Assembly: GCA_045602345.1 (NCBI GenBank)
Contig: JAZSBI010000012.1
Coordinates: 17-64,016 of the forward strand
Length of the DNA stretch: 64,000 nucleotides
Reading direction: 5' to 3'
Source: Acutalibacteraceae bacterium
GTDB taxonomy: Bacteria; Bacillota; Clostridia; Oscillospirales; Acutalibacteraceae
Part shown: positions 8,275 to 17,673 of the stretch, piece after piece
Position numbering within the stretch: position 1 is the first letter of the stretch
How the letters are laid out: each line of letters begins with the position of its first letter
Made by a program: the position numbers and the translations under genes
The notes under the pieces: model-generated
Database searches by the model: none
The model's input: only the letters and a program-made list of their open reading frames with translations
What the model was told of the DNA's origin: nothing

Positions 8275-8962
8275 CACTTTACCGGATGGAACAGTAATAG
8301 ACCTTGAATCTTACGATTGGGGTGATGCAAAGCTTACCAAAAGAGAAAAGCTGTTTATTATCTGGTATACAGTACCAAATCAGCCCGGTTATCAGAACGC
8401 GACAACGGCGGCGATGAAAGCCGGGTACAAGAAAAAATCTGCATATGGCGCTAAATATGTAATACTCCAAAAACCGAAGGTTAAGGACTTAATCTCACAG
8501 ATAGAAAAAGAATCCCGGCAGATTGCTGTAATAGAAGCGGCGCGCCGGTATCAGCTCGAAGCCATAGAACGTGCTGAATATGACCTGAACGATTTTGTTG
8601 AAAGCGTAGAATATTGCGATAAAGACGGAAACAAAAGAACATCAACACGATTCAAAAAAATATCAGAGATACCGGAAGAAAAAAGGCGTATTATTGCCGG
8701 GGGCTTGAAGTTCAATAACAGCGGAGAACCAATTATAGAGCTGCCTGATAAGGACATGGCGCGGAAGACTGTAATGCAGATAGCAAAAGATATGCAGCAG
8801 ACTACAAACACAAGCGAAGAATTTGACGTAGAAACAACTATAAGCCTGATTAAAGAAAACATTGCGACTGTCACAACGAATGTAAGAACCAGAAATCAGG
8901 TAATAAGGGAGAATTCAGGGGAATATATTGAAAATATGGGAGATTTACCAGAATTTGACTAA
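8252..8962 (+). CDS. terS: terminase small subunit
   Basis: LTKREKLFIIWYTVPNQPGYQNATTAAMKAGYKKKSAYGAKYVILQKPKVKDLI matches the Terminase_2-type HTH pattern. Lies upstream of TerL. Confidence 0.75.
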   Translation: MIKEKQTDTLPDGTVIDLESYDWGDAKLTKREKLFIIWYTVPNQPGYQNATTAAMKAGYKKKSAYGAKYVILQKPKVKDLISQIEKESRQIAVIEAARRYQLEAIERAEYDLNDFVESVEYCDKDGNKRTSTRFKKISEIPEEKRRIIAGGLKFNNSGEPIIELPDKDMARKTVMQIAKDMQQTTNTSEEFDVETTISLIKENIATVTTNVRTRNQVIRENSGEYIENMGDLPEFD

Positions 8963-9058
8963 AAAATGATAAAAAAATGAGAAAAACAACGTAATTTTTG
9001 CAAAAAATATGCAATTTTTATCCAAATTTCGCTAAAAAAATTTAAAAAAACTCAAAAA
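8961..9058. other. phased A/T-tract non-coding region between terS and terL
   Basis: A5-7 or T5 runs start at 8961, 8971, 8982, 8994, 9002, 9015, 9034, 9044 and 9054. Also contains the palindrome TTTTTGCAAAAA. Confidence 0.5.
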
Positions 9059-9079
9059 TAGCATGATTTTGATTGAAAT

Positions 9080-10684
9080 ATGGTAGTAGAGAAGCTAACA
9101 CCGATTGAAAGATTAAATTATTTGTACGCATTCTGCAAGTTTGATGATAAGCCACTTGTTTTAGACCCGTGGCAAGAAGACTTCATTCTTTCAACAAAAC
9201 AATTCACATCTATTCTTAAATCGCGCCGTATGGGCTGGTCATTTGTTACAGCTTTGAAGGGCTATAGTAAAGCACAAGACCCTGGAAGACAGAAATATGT
9301 AAAGCAGTTTATTTCTTATAACGAATCGGATGCTATCGAAAAGATACGCTATGCAAAAGAGTTTAATGATTCAGTTCCAAAATGGGCAAAGAAAAAGATT
9401 GTAACTGAAAACAAAACAGAATTAGAGTTTCTTGATACAAACGGGAAAACAACAAGCCGTTTAATATCAATGCCATGTAGACCGCCGCGCGGAAAAGGTG
9501 GAGACATTTCACTAGATGAATTCGGAATTTTCTTGCCTTCAATGTCAAAACAGGTGTATACAGCTGCTCTTTATGTAATTTCGCGTGGCGGCTGTATAGA
9601 GGTAGGTTCAACACCTTTAGGCTGTATCGGGCGGTTCTATGAGATATGCACGGATAAGAAACGATACCCAGCATATCAACGGTTTACTATTCCGTGGTGG
9701 TTTTCAACGGCATTGTGTACGGATGTTGCAACGGCTGTAAAAGAAGCGCCGTTTATGAATACAGCTGAAAGAGTAGAAAAATTCGCAACAGATACACTTA
9801 AAGAAATTTTCAATAACGATGTTCTGGAAGACTTTCAGCAAGAATGTGAATGCATGTTCATTGACACAGCTGAAAGCTACATAACACTTGATGAAATTTA
9901 CGGCTGTACACCGGGAATGACAGAAGATTTTTCTGTATACGATAATTCTGAATTACCAGAACCCGGCGAAACTGATTCATATTTAGGGCGTGAATTAAAG
10001 ATATTTAATACTGTTGATGATATGTGTTTAGGGTACGATCCAGACAAACACGGTATATTGTATCTTGGGTATGATGTGGCAAAATTACGCGATGCAGTTT
10101 CGATTTTCTTGCTCGGTAAAATGCCTGACGGAAAGCGCCGTGTTTATGGCTACGAGGAATTGAGGGCTAAAGACTTTGAATATCAATTGAACTGTATACG
10201 CAAGATTATGAAGTCTTTACCGGTGCACAGAGGGGCATTAGACAGTACCGGTATGGGTGCGCCTATTGCTGAAAGACTGACAAAAGAATTCCCTGAAAAA
10301 TTTGATGCAATTACATTCAGCGTGGAAACAAAGGAAAAAATGGCGCAAAGTATTAAGATAGGGTTACAGCGCAAGGAATTTTTACTTCCAAACGATAAAA
10401 ACTTACATCATCAGATACACAGTATAAGACGAACACCGACAACGGGCGGTCATTTCAAATACGATGCAAATAGAGACGAAAACGGTCATGCTGATAGTTT
10501 TTGGGGATTTGCGCTTGCAAATATAGCCTGTATTGATTCAGGTTCAAACTTCTATCTTGAAAGAGCTGCAAGGGCACAGGCAACAGCAAAAGAGGGAATA
10601 ATTACAGACCCGGATGAACTTAAAAAGGTTATTAAAGGGAAAAGTTTGAATTCGGTTAATCGCGGTTTTGGGCTTTATCGTTGA
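9080..10684 (+). CDS. terL: terminase large subunit
   Basis: 534 aa. Has an ATPase-like KSRRMGWSF and ISLDEFG, and a C-terminal nuclease-like GYDVA...ENGHADSFWGFALA. Located between TerS and the portal gene. Confidence 0.85.
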   Translation: MVVEKLTPIERLNYLYAFCKFDDKPLVLDPWQEDFILSTKQFTSILKSRRMGWSFVTALKGYSKAQDPGRQKYVKQFISYNESDAIEKIRYAKEFNDSVPKWAKKKIVTENKTELEFLDTNGKTTSRLISMPCRPPRGKGGDISLDEFGIFLPSMSKQVYTAALYVISRGGCIEVGSTPLGCIGRFYEICTDKKRYPAYQRFTIPWWFSTALCTDVATAVKEAPFMNTAERVEKFATDTLKEIFNNDVLEDFQQECECMFIDTAESYITLDEIYGCTPGMTEDFSVYDNSELPEPGETDSYLGRELKIFNTVDDMCLGYDPDKHGILYLGYDVAKLRDAVSIFLLGKMPDGKRRVYGYEELRAKDFEYQLNCIRKIMKSLPVHRGALDSTGMGAPIAERLTKEFPEKFDAITFSVETKEKMAQSIKIGLQRKEFLLPNDKNLHHQIHSIRRTPTTGGHFKYDANRDENGHADSFWGFALANIACIDSGSNFYLERAARAQATAKEGIITDPDELKKVIKGKSLNSVNRGFGLYR

Positions 10685-10741
10685 TAAAATCGTTGAATAA
10701 CGATATACTTTATTTAGTTTTATAGATTTATTTGTAGATAA

Positions 10742-10797
10742 TTTGTCTTGTAAAGGCAGTTATTGCGTTTTATGACGCGGTAACTGTCTTTTTTTTT
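10742..10797 (+). promoter_or_regulatory. conserved leader hairpin (10744-10758) overlapping an intrinsic terminator (10753-10790 plus T9), copy A
   Basis: TGTCTT-GTA-AAGGCA hairpin. A 15-bp terminator stem reuses AAGGCA. No convincing -35/-10 lies upstream. Confidence 0.7.
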
Positions 10798-10814
10798 GCT
10801 TTTGGGAGGAACAA

Positions 10815-12449
10815 ATGGCAACAGTACCGACACAAGAAGACATTATGAAGCAATTGCGCAAAGATGAAAAGAAAAACACTAAAAATAGCAATTATTTCAA
10901 AAATGGCGGCAAACTTTACGGCGCTGAAAGTTCTTTTTTTAGCCCGGATTTTATAGCGTCCAGTTATCACGATAAATATAAAACAATTCCGCGCAATCAG
11001 GCAGGTGCGGTATCTTGTGGAGTTTTACGCGCCATTGCTTCAAAAGCATGGATAATCAATATTTGTATAAACCATATCTGCAAAAAAGTTAAACCATTTT
11101 TCAAACAAAGCACTGACAAAAATATACGCGGTTTTATTGTTTACAAAAATAATTCAGCAAAAGACAAATACAACACAAATGACAAAGAAGCAAAAGCAAT
11201 TACAGATTTTATCTTGAAAACGGGCAGTTACGCTGATACAGACCGCGATTCATTTGTGAAATTTGGAGCAAGGCTAGTTAGAGACCTTCTGACATTAGAC
11301 CAGATAGCAACAGAAATTCAGTACAACAAGAAAAATGAACCAGTAGCCTTTTTTGCGGTAGATTCAGCAACAATTGAAAAGGTTTTGCATGATGATACAA
11401 CAAAAGACGAATCAGAAGAAGATAAAGACGTTAAATATATTCAGGTTATCAACGGAATTGTAACGGCTGCTTATAAAAGCGATGAAATGCTTTTTGATTA
11501 TGAAAATCCTAGAACTGACATTTATCATTCACAGTACGGCTATTCATATGTTGAGCAGGCTGTAGACCTTGTAGCAACAGTTATTAACGCATTTATGTAC
11601 AATGCCGGAAACTTTACAGAAAACAAACTTCCAAAAGGAATGCTGCTTATTAATGGCGATGCTTCTCAAGATGTAGTTGACGAAATGACTGACTATATCG
11701 CAGAGATTTTAAGCGGTTCTCCACTCAATCAGTGGAGAATTCCAGTTATACCGTCAGGCAGCAAAGATGCAACAATCGAGTGGAAACAATTAAACGGCAA
11801 TAACCGTGAAATGGAATTTCAGGGTTTTATGGACTATCTGACAAGTGCCGTTGTAGCAATGTTTGGCTGTTCTATGGATGAATTGGGCTTACAATCACAG
11901 AAGTCACAGAATCTTTTTGAATCATCAGGAAATGCAAAAATTCAAGCGAGTAAATCTCTTGTTTTAGGTGACGTTCTTTCATTCTTTGAAGACTATATAA
12001 ACAAAATCGTTGAAAAGATAAATCCAGAATACAAATTTGAATTCGTCGGATATGAAAAAGACGACCCTTCAACAGTAGCAGACTTAGACGAAAAAGAATG
12101 CAGAACATGGAAAAGCGTAAATGAAAAACGTATTGAAAAAGGCTTAAAACCAATCAATCTTAAAGATATTAAAAATGGTGCTGACATTCCTATGAATGTT
12201 CAGTTAGTTCAGCTTTTACAATCTCAAATGGCGCAGGGCGGCATGGGTGATGGCGGTATGGATATGGGCGGCAATGGCGGCGGCGATGATGAATCATGGC
12301 AGGACTATTCTGACATTCAGACCGGCGATGAAAACTTTGAGAATCCAGAAGAAAATGAACCGGATAACACAGAACCAACAGACGGCATTGAAAAGTCACT
12401 TTCTTTCATAAACAAAAACAAAGCTACAAAGAAGCTTTTTGTAATTTAA
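10815..12449 (+). CDS. portal protein
   Basis: 544 aa, immediately after TerL, with an acidic G/D/E-rich C-terminus. GGGAGG SD upstream. Confidence 0.8.
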   Translation: MATVPTQEDIMKQLRKDEKKNTKNSNYFKNGGKLYGAESSFFSPDFIASSYHDKYKTIPRNQAGAVSCGVLRAIASKAWIINICINHICKKVKPFFKQSTDKNIRGFIVYKNNSAKDKYNTNDKEAKAITDFILKTGSYADTDRDSFVKFGARLVRDLLTLDQIATEIQYNKKNEPVAFFAVDSATIEKVLHDDTTKDESEEDKDVKYIQVINGIVTAAYKSDEMLFDYENPRTDIYHSQYGYSYVEQAVDLVATVINAFMYNAGNFTENKLPKGMLLINGDASQDVVDEMTDYIAEILSGSPLNQWRIPVIPSGSKDATIEWKQLNGNNREMEFQGFMDYLTSAVVAMFGCSMDELGLQSQKSQNLFESSGNAKIQASKSLVLGDVLSFFEDYINKIVEKINPEYKFEFVGYEKDDPSTVADLDEKECRTWKSVNEKRIEKGLKPINLKDIKNGADIPMNVQLVQLLQSQMAQGGMGDGGMDMGGNGGGDDESWQDYSDIQTGDENFENPEENEPDNTEPTDGIEKSLSFINKNKATKKLFVI

Positions 12450-12459
12450 CAGGCGGTAA

Positions 12460-13156
12460 ATGTACATGGATTTGCTACATGGTAATTGTTACGAGCTTAT
12501 AAAGAACCTGCCTGATAAAAGCATTGATGTTTGCATAACAGATCCGCCGTATCTGTTCAAAGAATCGGGGGGGGGGTATTATGAGAAAGCGTGATTATAC
12601 AAATCAATTAGCTGATTTGAATTGCTGCAATTTCAACCCGTCTGTTTTTCTGGATGCAATACACAGCAAGCTTAAAAAGACATATATTTATGCTTTTTGT
12701 AACAAATCATTGGTTTCTGAATACATTTCTTGGGCGCAAAAACACAAATGTAATTACGACATTCTTGTAATGTGCAAATCAAATCCAATACCGGCATACA
12801 ACAATCATTACTTGAGTGACTTTGAATACATAATAGTCATACGTGAACCGGGAACATATTTTTGCAAAGAGAAGGATATAGAGCTTTATAGAAAATGGTT
12901 TATGACTTCATGCAAAAAGGGCCTGCATCCAGCTGAAAAGCCGGTTACGCTGCTTGAGAAGTTTATAAAAGTATCTTGCCCGGATAACGGGACTGTTTTA
13001 GACCCGTTTATGGGTAGTGGCTCAACAGGTGTTGCTTGTGTAAGAACGAAGCGCAATTTTATCGGAATTGAGATAGACGAAAAATATTTTAAGCTTGCAA
13101 AAGAACGTATCAACGAAGCGAAAAATGAAAACATACTTTTTGATATGGCGGTGTAA
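12460..13156 (+). pseudogene. N4/N6 DNA methyltransferase (DPPY...FxGSGST type) interrupted by a frameshift at a G10 tract; phase-variable or homopolymer error
   Basis: 12460-12594 encodes MYMDLLHGNCYELIKNLPDKSIDVCITDPPYLFKESGGG then stops. The +1 frame (track ORF 12581..13156) carries LDPFMGSGSTGVACVRTKRNFIGIEIDEKYF. G9 would fuse the two parts. Confidence 0.75.
12567..12576 (+). repeat. G10 homopolymer inside the methyltransferase gene
   Basis: Counted directly: g at 12567-12576. Confidence 0.95.
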
Positions 13157-14071
13157 ATGAAAAGATACGGAACGCCATATATGGGCAGCAAAAATCAAAT
13201 AGCTGAATGGGTTTATTCACACTTTCCGAAAGCAACAAACTTTTATGATTTGTTTGCCGGTGGATGTGCTATAACGCATATCGCGCTTGAAAAGGGCGAA
13301 TTTAAGAATTACATATGCAATGACATTGACAATGGCGGCATAAGGCTTTTTGTTGATGCAGTAAACGGCAAGTTTGCAGATGAAACGCGCTGGATAAGCC
13401 GACAGGATTTTTTCAGGTTGAAAGATAAAGACCCGTATGTTCGTTTTTGTTGGAGTTTCGGCAACAATGGCCGCGATTATCTTTATTCAAAGCAAAGCGA
13501 ACCATATAAAAAAGCTGTCCATTGTGCAGTCTGTCAGAATGATTTTTCTTTTGCTGAAAGTTTGGGGCTGAATCTTAAAAGCATTGAACCGCTACAAGGA
13601 ATTCGCAACAGATACAGCGCTGTAAAACTGTTGCTGAAAGAAAGCCGCGTACTGAATATAGAACGCCAACAATCTTTGCAATCTTTGCAATCTTTGCAAG
13701 CTTTGCAAGCTTTACAGTCTTTGCAACAAGACTATTCACAGGTAGAAATTCAGCCTGATTCTGTTATTTATTGTGATTTACCATATAAAGACACAAACGG
13801 ATATGGCAAGGCAAAGAAAAATTCTTTCGATTTCGAGCGTTTTTATTCTTGGGCACTGGAACAAAAAGAATTGTTGATAATATCAGAATATCAAATGCCT
13901 TTAGGCTTTGTTTGCATAGATGAAATTGAAAAAAAAGTGACAATGAACAGCGACACGGTTACTAAAAGAATTGAAAGAATTTTTATCCCGAAGCAGCAGA
14001 TTGAAATGTATGCAAAGAGAATGAATACACTGAAAAAACAGCTTGAATTTAATTTTTGCGAGGTAGCATAG
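13157..14071 (+). CDS. Dam-like (D12 class) N6-adenine DNA methyltransferase
   Basis: Contains N-terminal YMGSKNQIAEWV, DLFAGGCAIT (AdoMet site) and YCDLPY (DPPY-type). Confidence 0.8.
   Translation: MKRYGTPYMGSKNQIAEWVYSHFPKATNFYDLFAGGCAITHIALEKGEFKNYICNDIDNGGIRLFVDAVNGKFADETRWISRQDFFRLKDKDPYVRFCWSFGNNGRDYLYSKQSEPYKKAVHCAVCQNDFSFAESLGLNLKSIEPLQGIRNRYSAVKLLLKESRVLNIERQQSLQSLQSLQALQALQSLQQDYSQVEIQPDSVIYCDLPYKDTNGYGKAKKNSFDFERFYSWALEQKELLIISEYQMPLGFVCIDEIEKKVTMNSDTVTKRIERIFIPKQQIEMYAKRMNTLKKQLEFNFCEVA
13670..13723 (+). repeat. in-frame 9-bp tandem repeat x6 (CAATCTTTG-like) encoding (QSL/QAL)n
   Basis: caatctttg x3, caagctttg, caagcttta, cagtctttg. Protein sequence QSLQSLQSLQALQALQSL. Confidence 0.9.
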
Positions 14072-14072
14072 A

Positions 14073-14444
14073 ATGGTTATAGCGATTGATTTTGACGGCA
14101 CAATTACACAGGAAAACAAATTTCCTGAAATTGGAGAAGCCCGGCCTTTTGCCATTGAAGCAATAAAGGACTTTCAAAGACACGGACACCAGTGTTTTTT
14201 GTGGACTTGCAGGGAAAACCAATACTTAGAAGATGCTAAAAACTTTCTGGAATCAAAAGGCTTGTATATGGACGGCTACAATACATCGCCTTATGACTAT
14301 ATAAATGCTGGATGCAGAAAACCTATTGCAGATTTTTATATTGATGATAGATGCGTATTCTGCAACGGGATTGACTGGCAATGGTTGCATAAAACCATTT
14401 TAGCAAAAGATGAAAGCATTATCAAAGAAAAAGAAGGTTTGTAA
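14073..14444 (+). CDS. HAD-superfamily phosphatase-like protein
   Basis: N-terminal IAIDFDGTIT (DxDGT motif I) and a distal YIDDR. Confidence 0.55.
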   Translation: MVIAIDFDGTITQENKFPEIGEARPFAIEAIKDFQRHGHQCFLWTCRENQYLEDAKNFLESKGLYMDGYNTSPYDYINAGCRKPIADFYIDDRCVFCNGIDWQWLHKTILAKDESIIKEKEGL

Positions 14445-17400
14445 TGGGATTTTTTGAAGATTTTGAAAAGAACGAAAAGCCGTCAAGTAAGAATTTTTTT
14501 TCTCGTGGTGATTTTGATGAATATAAAATTTCTGATGAACAATTGAAAGCTCATGGAATTGGACATTTTTTTAATAAGGATGAACTAATCAAAAGAGGAA
14601 AAGAAATAGAAAAAATCTATGAACAAATCTGCAAAGATACCGGTTTAGATATGACAACCGTTGTGAATAAATATCGTATAACAAAAGACGGCTGCTATTA
14701 TGACATTGAGAACCCGACAGAGAAGTTTTATTTTGATTTGAAAACAAAATTTGATGAAGCAGAACTTGTTGAGAAATCTGCAAAATATATTAAACGTTGG
14801 TTTAGTAATGGTGAGTGGCATTATAAATATCCACCAAAATATAAAGCAAATCAGAACCGAACGGAAACAAAAAAAGATATTGCTCAGTCTACAAAATTGA
14901 TAACAGGAATTGAACCTTTAAGAAATCCTACAGAACAGGAAATTGATGAAGCATTAGTTCAGTTAAGCCTTTATGCAATTAATGGAAAAATGAAATGTGG
15001 AGCTTTAGGAAATCATAGTGTATATGTTTCTGATAAAACTCAGGAACATATAAAAGAAACTCATGGAAAACCTAGAATTATTCCAGAAATAAAACATAAG
15101 GCTAAATATATTCCATTTGTTCCTGAGTTATTAAAAAATGGAAAGATTGCCGAAAAATCATCATCTAGCAAAGGTGTAATTTATGGAATTGTAGGTCAGG
15201 TAGAATATGTTAATGACAAAAACAAAAAGGTTAAAGAAGTTGTTGAACTTGCAATTAATTATGATAAAGATACAAGAAAATTTGTATTTTCATTTAGTGA
15301 TTGGGAAATAAAAAAATCCCTGCTAAATAACAGGGATCTTGACAACTCCTTGGCGTGTCCGATAGTAGATACTGAAACCGTTCCTATCACCGTCTACAGT
15401 CTATCAGAAACACCGATTTTGTCAAGTGGAACTGTAAACAAATCAATGAGTGACAAGCTTTTTTCATTATGGACAAGGCGATTATCGCCGGAATTCTGCA
15501 ATGAATTAAAGAAGCTCATGCACGATGATGAAGGTTTCCGGCTTATTCCAAAAAAGGTTTATGAAATTCCCGGTTATCCAAAAGGGCAGGATTTAGAAAA
15601 CTGTGATTTACTCGAATTGTCTTATGATTATTTCGTTATTTCATGCGGCGGAGACTGGCAGGATGAAAAGCTTGTAAAGTTTACTATCGGTGATGATGAT
15701 AAACTATCGGCAAAAGTTATTGATACATGTGAAAAAGAGAATAAAACAATCTTAAAAAACAAACTTGCTTATATTCACAATCCTGACAGCATAGACAAAT
15801 CTTTATTTATAGACTGGAAAGCTGAATTAAAAACAATCTGCAAAGAAAAGAATCTGGACTATGAAGAAACTTTCAAGAAATATGATACCAGCTTGTTACG
15901 CAAAACATGTGAAGTTTTCGGGCAGGATGCAGAAAATTGCATTGCATATAAAGCCTGCAAAGATTTGAATAAATCGCTTACTTTTTCCGGTTATAAATTA
16001 CAGGGTAGAACACGGCTTTATGGTATGGATATTTCAATTGAAAACAAAAAAGGTTCATACCGTTCAGGAACAGACAAAGACGGGCACAAGTGGAAAACAT
16101 TCATGCACTATGATTATGGTTACATCCGCGGTACTATTGGTGTTGATAAAGACCATGTTGACGTGTATATAGGCCCTGATAAAGAAGCTCAAAAGGTTTA
16201 TGTGATTCATCAGAATGATCCAGTTACCCATAAATACGATGAAGACAAGTGCATGTTGTGTTTTTCAAGTGCTGATGAAGCAAAAAAGGCATATTTGAAA
16301 CAATATGATAGACCGGGCTTTTTTGGCAGCATGGAAACATTTTCAATTGAACAGTTCAAAGATGTTGTTTTTAACAAGAAAGGTGAAAAAGTTGTAAAGC
16401 CTGATTATGACGGCGAAGACCTGCTGCATAAGTCTTTTACATTCCTTTTAACCGGCATAACAGAAAACAACAAGGCAAGAAAAATCGAACAGCTTGAAAA
16501 GGCTTTAACAGCTATATCCTGCAGGAATCCTTTTATTCTGACTCATGCAGAAGTTGACGATTCAAAAAAGTACAACGATATTGAAATACATTTTAGAGAT
16601 TTTAATAAAAGCAAAATTGCCGATGCAGTTGATAAGGTTGCTCTTGAATTAGATGAACCGTTAAAAGCTGCAAAAGGTGAACCGTTCCGATACAAAGCAC
16701 AAGAAGATTTGACAAATCAGGTAGTCAGAGAGCTGACAAGCAAAACGGCGGCCCTTTACCGGCTTGTTATTGAGTATTTCGGTTTACCAGAAGCAAACAC
16801 AGTTCAAAAGGCTTTTCCACTGACTTACAAGGGTAAAGTGTTGTATAACCCTGAAACCGGTGTACCAATTACACGCAATGACTGGCAGAAGTTTTTGAAT
16901 ATTCTGGACAAGTTTCTTAACCGCAATTATACCGGGCAAGGGGAGCGCATTATATTACGTTCTGATGCACTCGGTAGAATTATGAGCCGGATGTTAGAGA
17001 ACCAGAAACGCTACAAAGAAAACCTGCAGGATATACGCTATAAGGGCAAAACTTTTGATTGGATTTCTGACAGCGTTAAAAACATGAAGACAACTTTTGG
17101 GGATTCTATTACACGTTCTCAAGCTGCAAAGATTCAGATTGCTCAACAAAGCTGTACACAGCGTATCAAAAAAGTAACTGAAAATGTAAGAAATGATATT
17201 CAGCAGATTCTTATAGACGGCATTAAAGACAAAAAAAGTAGAAGTCAGGTTGCACAAGATTTATTTAACCGGTGTCATTCTCTTAACCGCGATTTTCAAA
17301 AGATTGCCGATACAGAGATTCAGGAAGCTTCATCTAAGGCTTACATTGCAGAGGAATTATATAATTCTGAACCTGGCGAAAAGGTTTATTTCAAAAGAAT

Positions 17401-17623
17401 TGAAGTTTTGGACGTAAAGACATGCAAGTTTTGCCGACAGATAAACGGTACAATTGCTTTATGGAGCAATACGCCTTTAAGCAGCGAGAAAATAGTTGAT
17501 GATATTGCAACGGTTGCCATATGGGAAGGAAAAAGAGACGGAATTCCGGCCGGTTGTTGTCACCCTTATTGCCGCGGCGCATGGATAAGATACTATCCTG
17601 AAATTGAAAGGCAGGCTGCATAA
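14444..17623 (+). CDS. large MuF/SPP1 gp7-type minor head protein fusion (polyvalent protein)
   Basis: The C-terminus LDVKTCKFCRQINGT...CCHPYCRGAW is the Phage_Mu_F signature. A central YDYGYIRGTIGVDKDHVDVYIG resembles the inorganic pyrophosphatase motif. Lies downstream of the portal gene. Confidence 0.8.
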   Translation: MGFFEDFEKNEKPSSKNFFSRGDFDEYKISDEQLKAHGIGHFFNKDELIKRGKEIEKIYEQICKDTGLDMTTVVNKYRITKDGCYYDIENPTEKFYFDLKTKFDEAELVEKSAKYIKRWFSNGEWHYKYPPKYKANQNRTETKKDIAQSTKLITGIEPLRNPTEQEIDEALVQLSLYAINGKMKCGALGNHSVYVSDKTQEHIKETHGKPRIIPEIKHKAKYIPFVPELLKNGKIAEKSSSSKGVIYGIVGQVEYVNDKNKKVKEVVELAINYDKDTRKFVFSFSDWEIKKSLLNNRDLDNSLACPIVDTETVPITVYSLSETPILSSGTVNKSMSDKLFSLWTRRLSPEFCNELKKLMHDDEGFRLIPKKVYEIPGYPKGQDLENCDLLELSYDYFVISCGGDWQDEKLVKFTIGDDDKLSAKVIDTCEKENKTILKNKLAYIHNPDSIDKSLFIDWKAELKTICKEKNLDYEETFKKYDTSLLRKTCEVFGQDAENCIAYKACKDLNKSLTFSGYKLQGRTRLYGMDISIENKKGSYRSGTDKDGHKWKTFMHYDYGYIRGTIGVDKDHVDVYIGPDKEAQKVYVIHQNDPVTHKYDEDKCMLCFSSADEAKKAYLKQYDRPGFFGSMETFSIEQFKDVVFNKKGEKVVKPDYDGEDLLHKSFTFLLTGITENNKARKIEQLEKALTAISCRNPFILTHAEVDDSKKYNDIEIHFRDFNKSKIADAVDKVALELDEPLKAAKGEPFRYKAQEDLTNQVVRELTSKTAALYRLVIEYFGLPEANTVQKAFPLTYKGKVLYNPETGVPITRNDWQKFLNILDKFLNRNYTGQGERIILRSDALGRIMSRMLENQKRYKENLQDIRYKGKTFDWISDSVKNMKTTFGDSITRSQAAKIQIAQQSCTQRIKKVTENVRNDIQQILIDGIKDKKSRSQVAQDLFNRCHSLNRDFQKIADTEIQEASSKAYIAEELYNSEPGEKVYFKRIEVLDVKTCKFCRQINGTIALWSNTPLSSEKIVDDIATVAIWEGKRDGIPAGCCHPYCRGAWIRYYPEIERQAA

Positions 17624-17673
17624 TAAAAAAAAATAACTTTAGAAGTTTGCAACCGGGCGTTTGTTGATTTTTA

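Noticed and set aside
13670-13723. Short tandem repeats considered as a possible CRISPR or other non-coding array.
   Set aside because: The unit is 9 bp with no spacers. The repeats are in frame inside a methyltransferase gene and encode (QSL)n.
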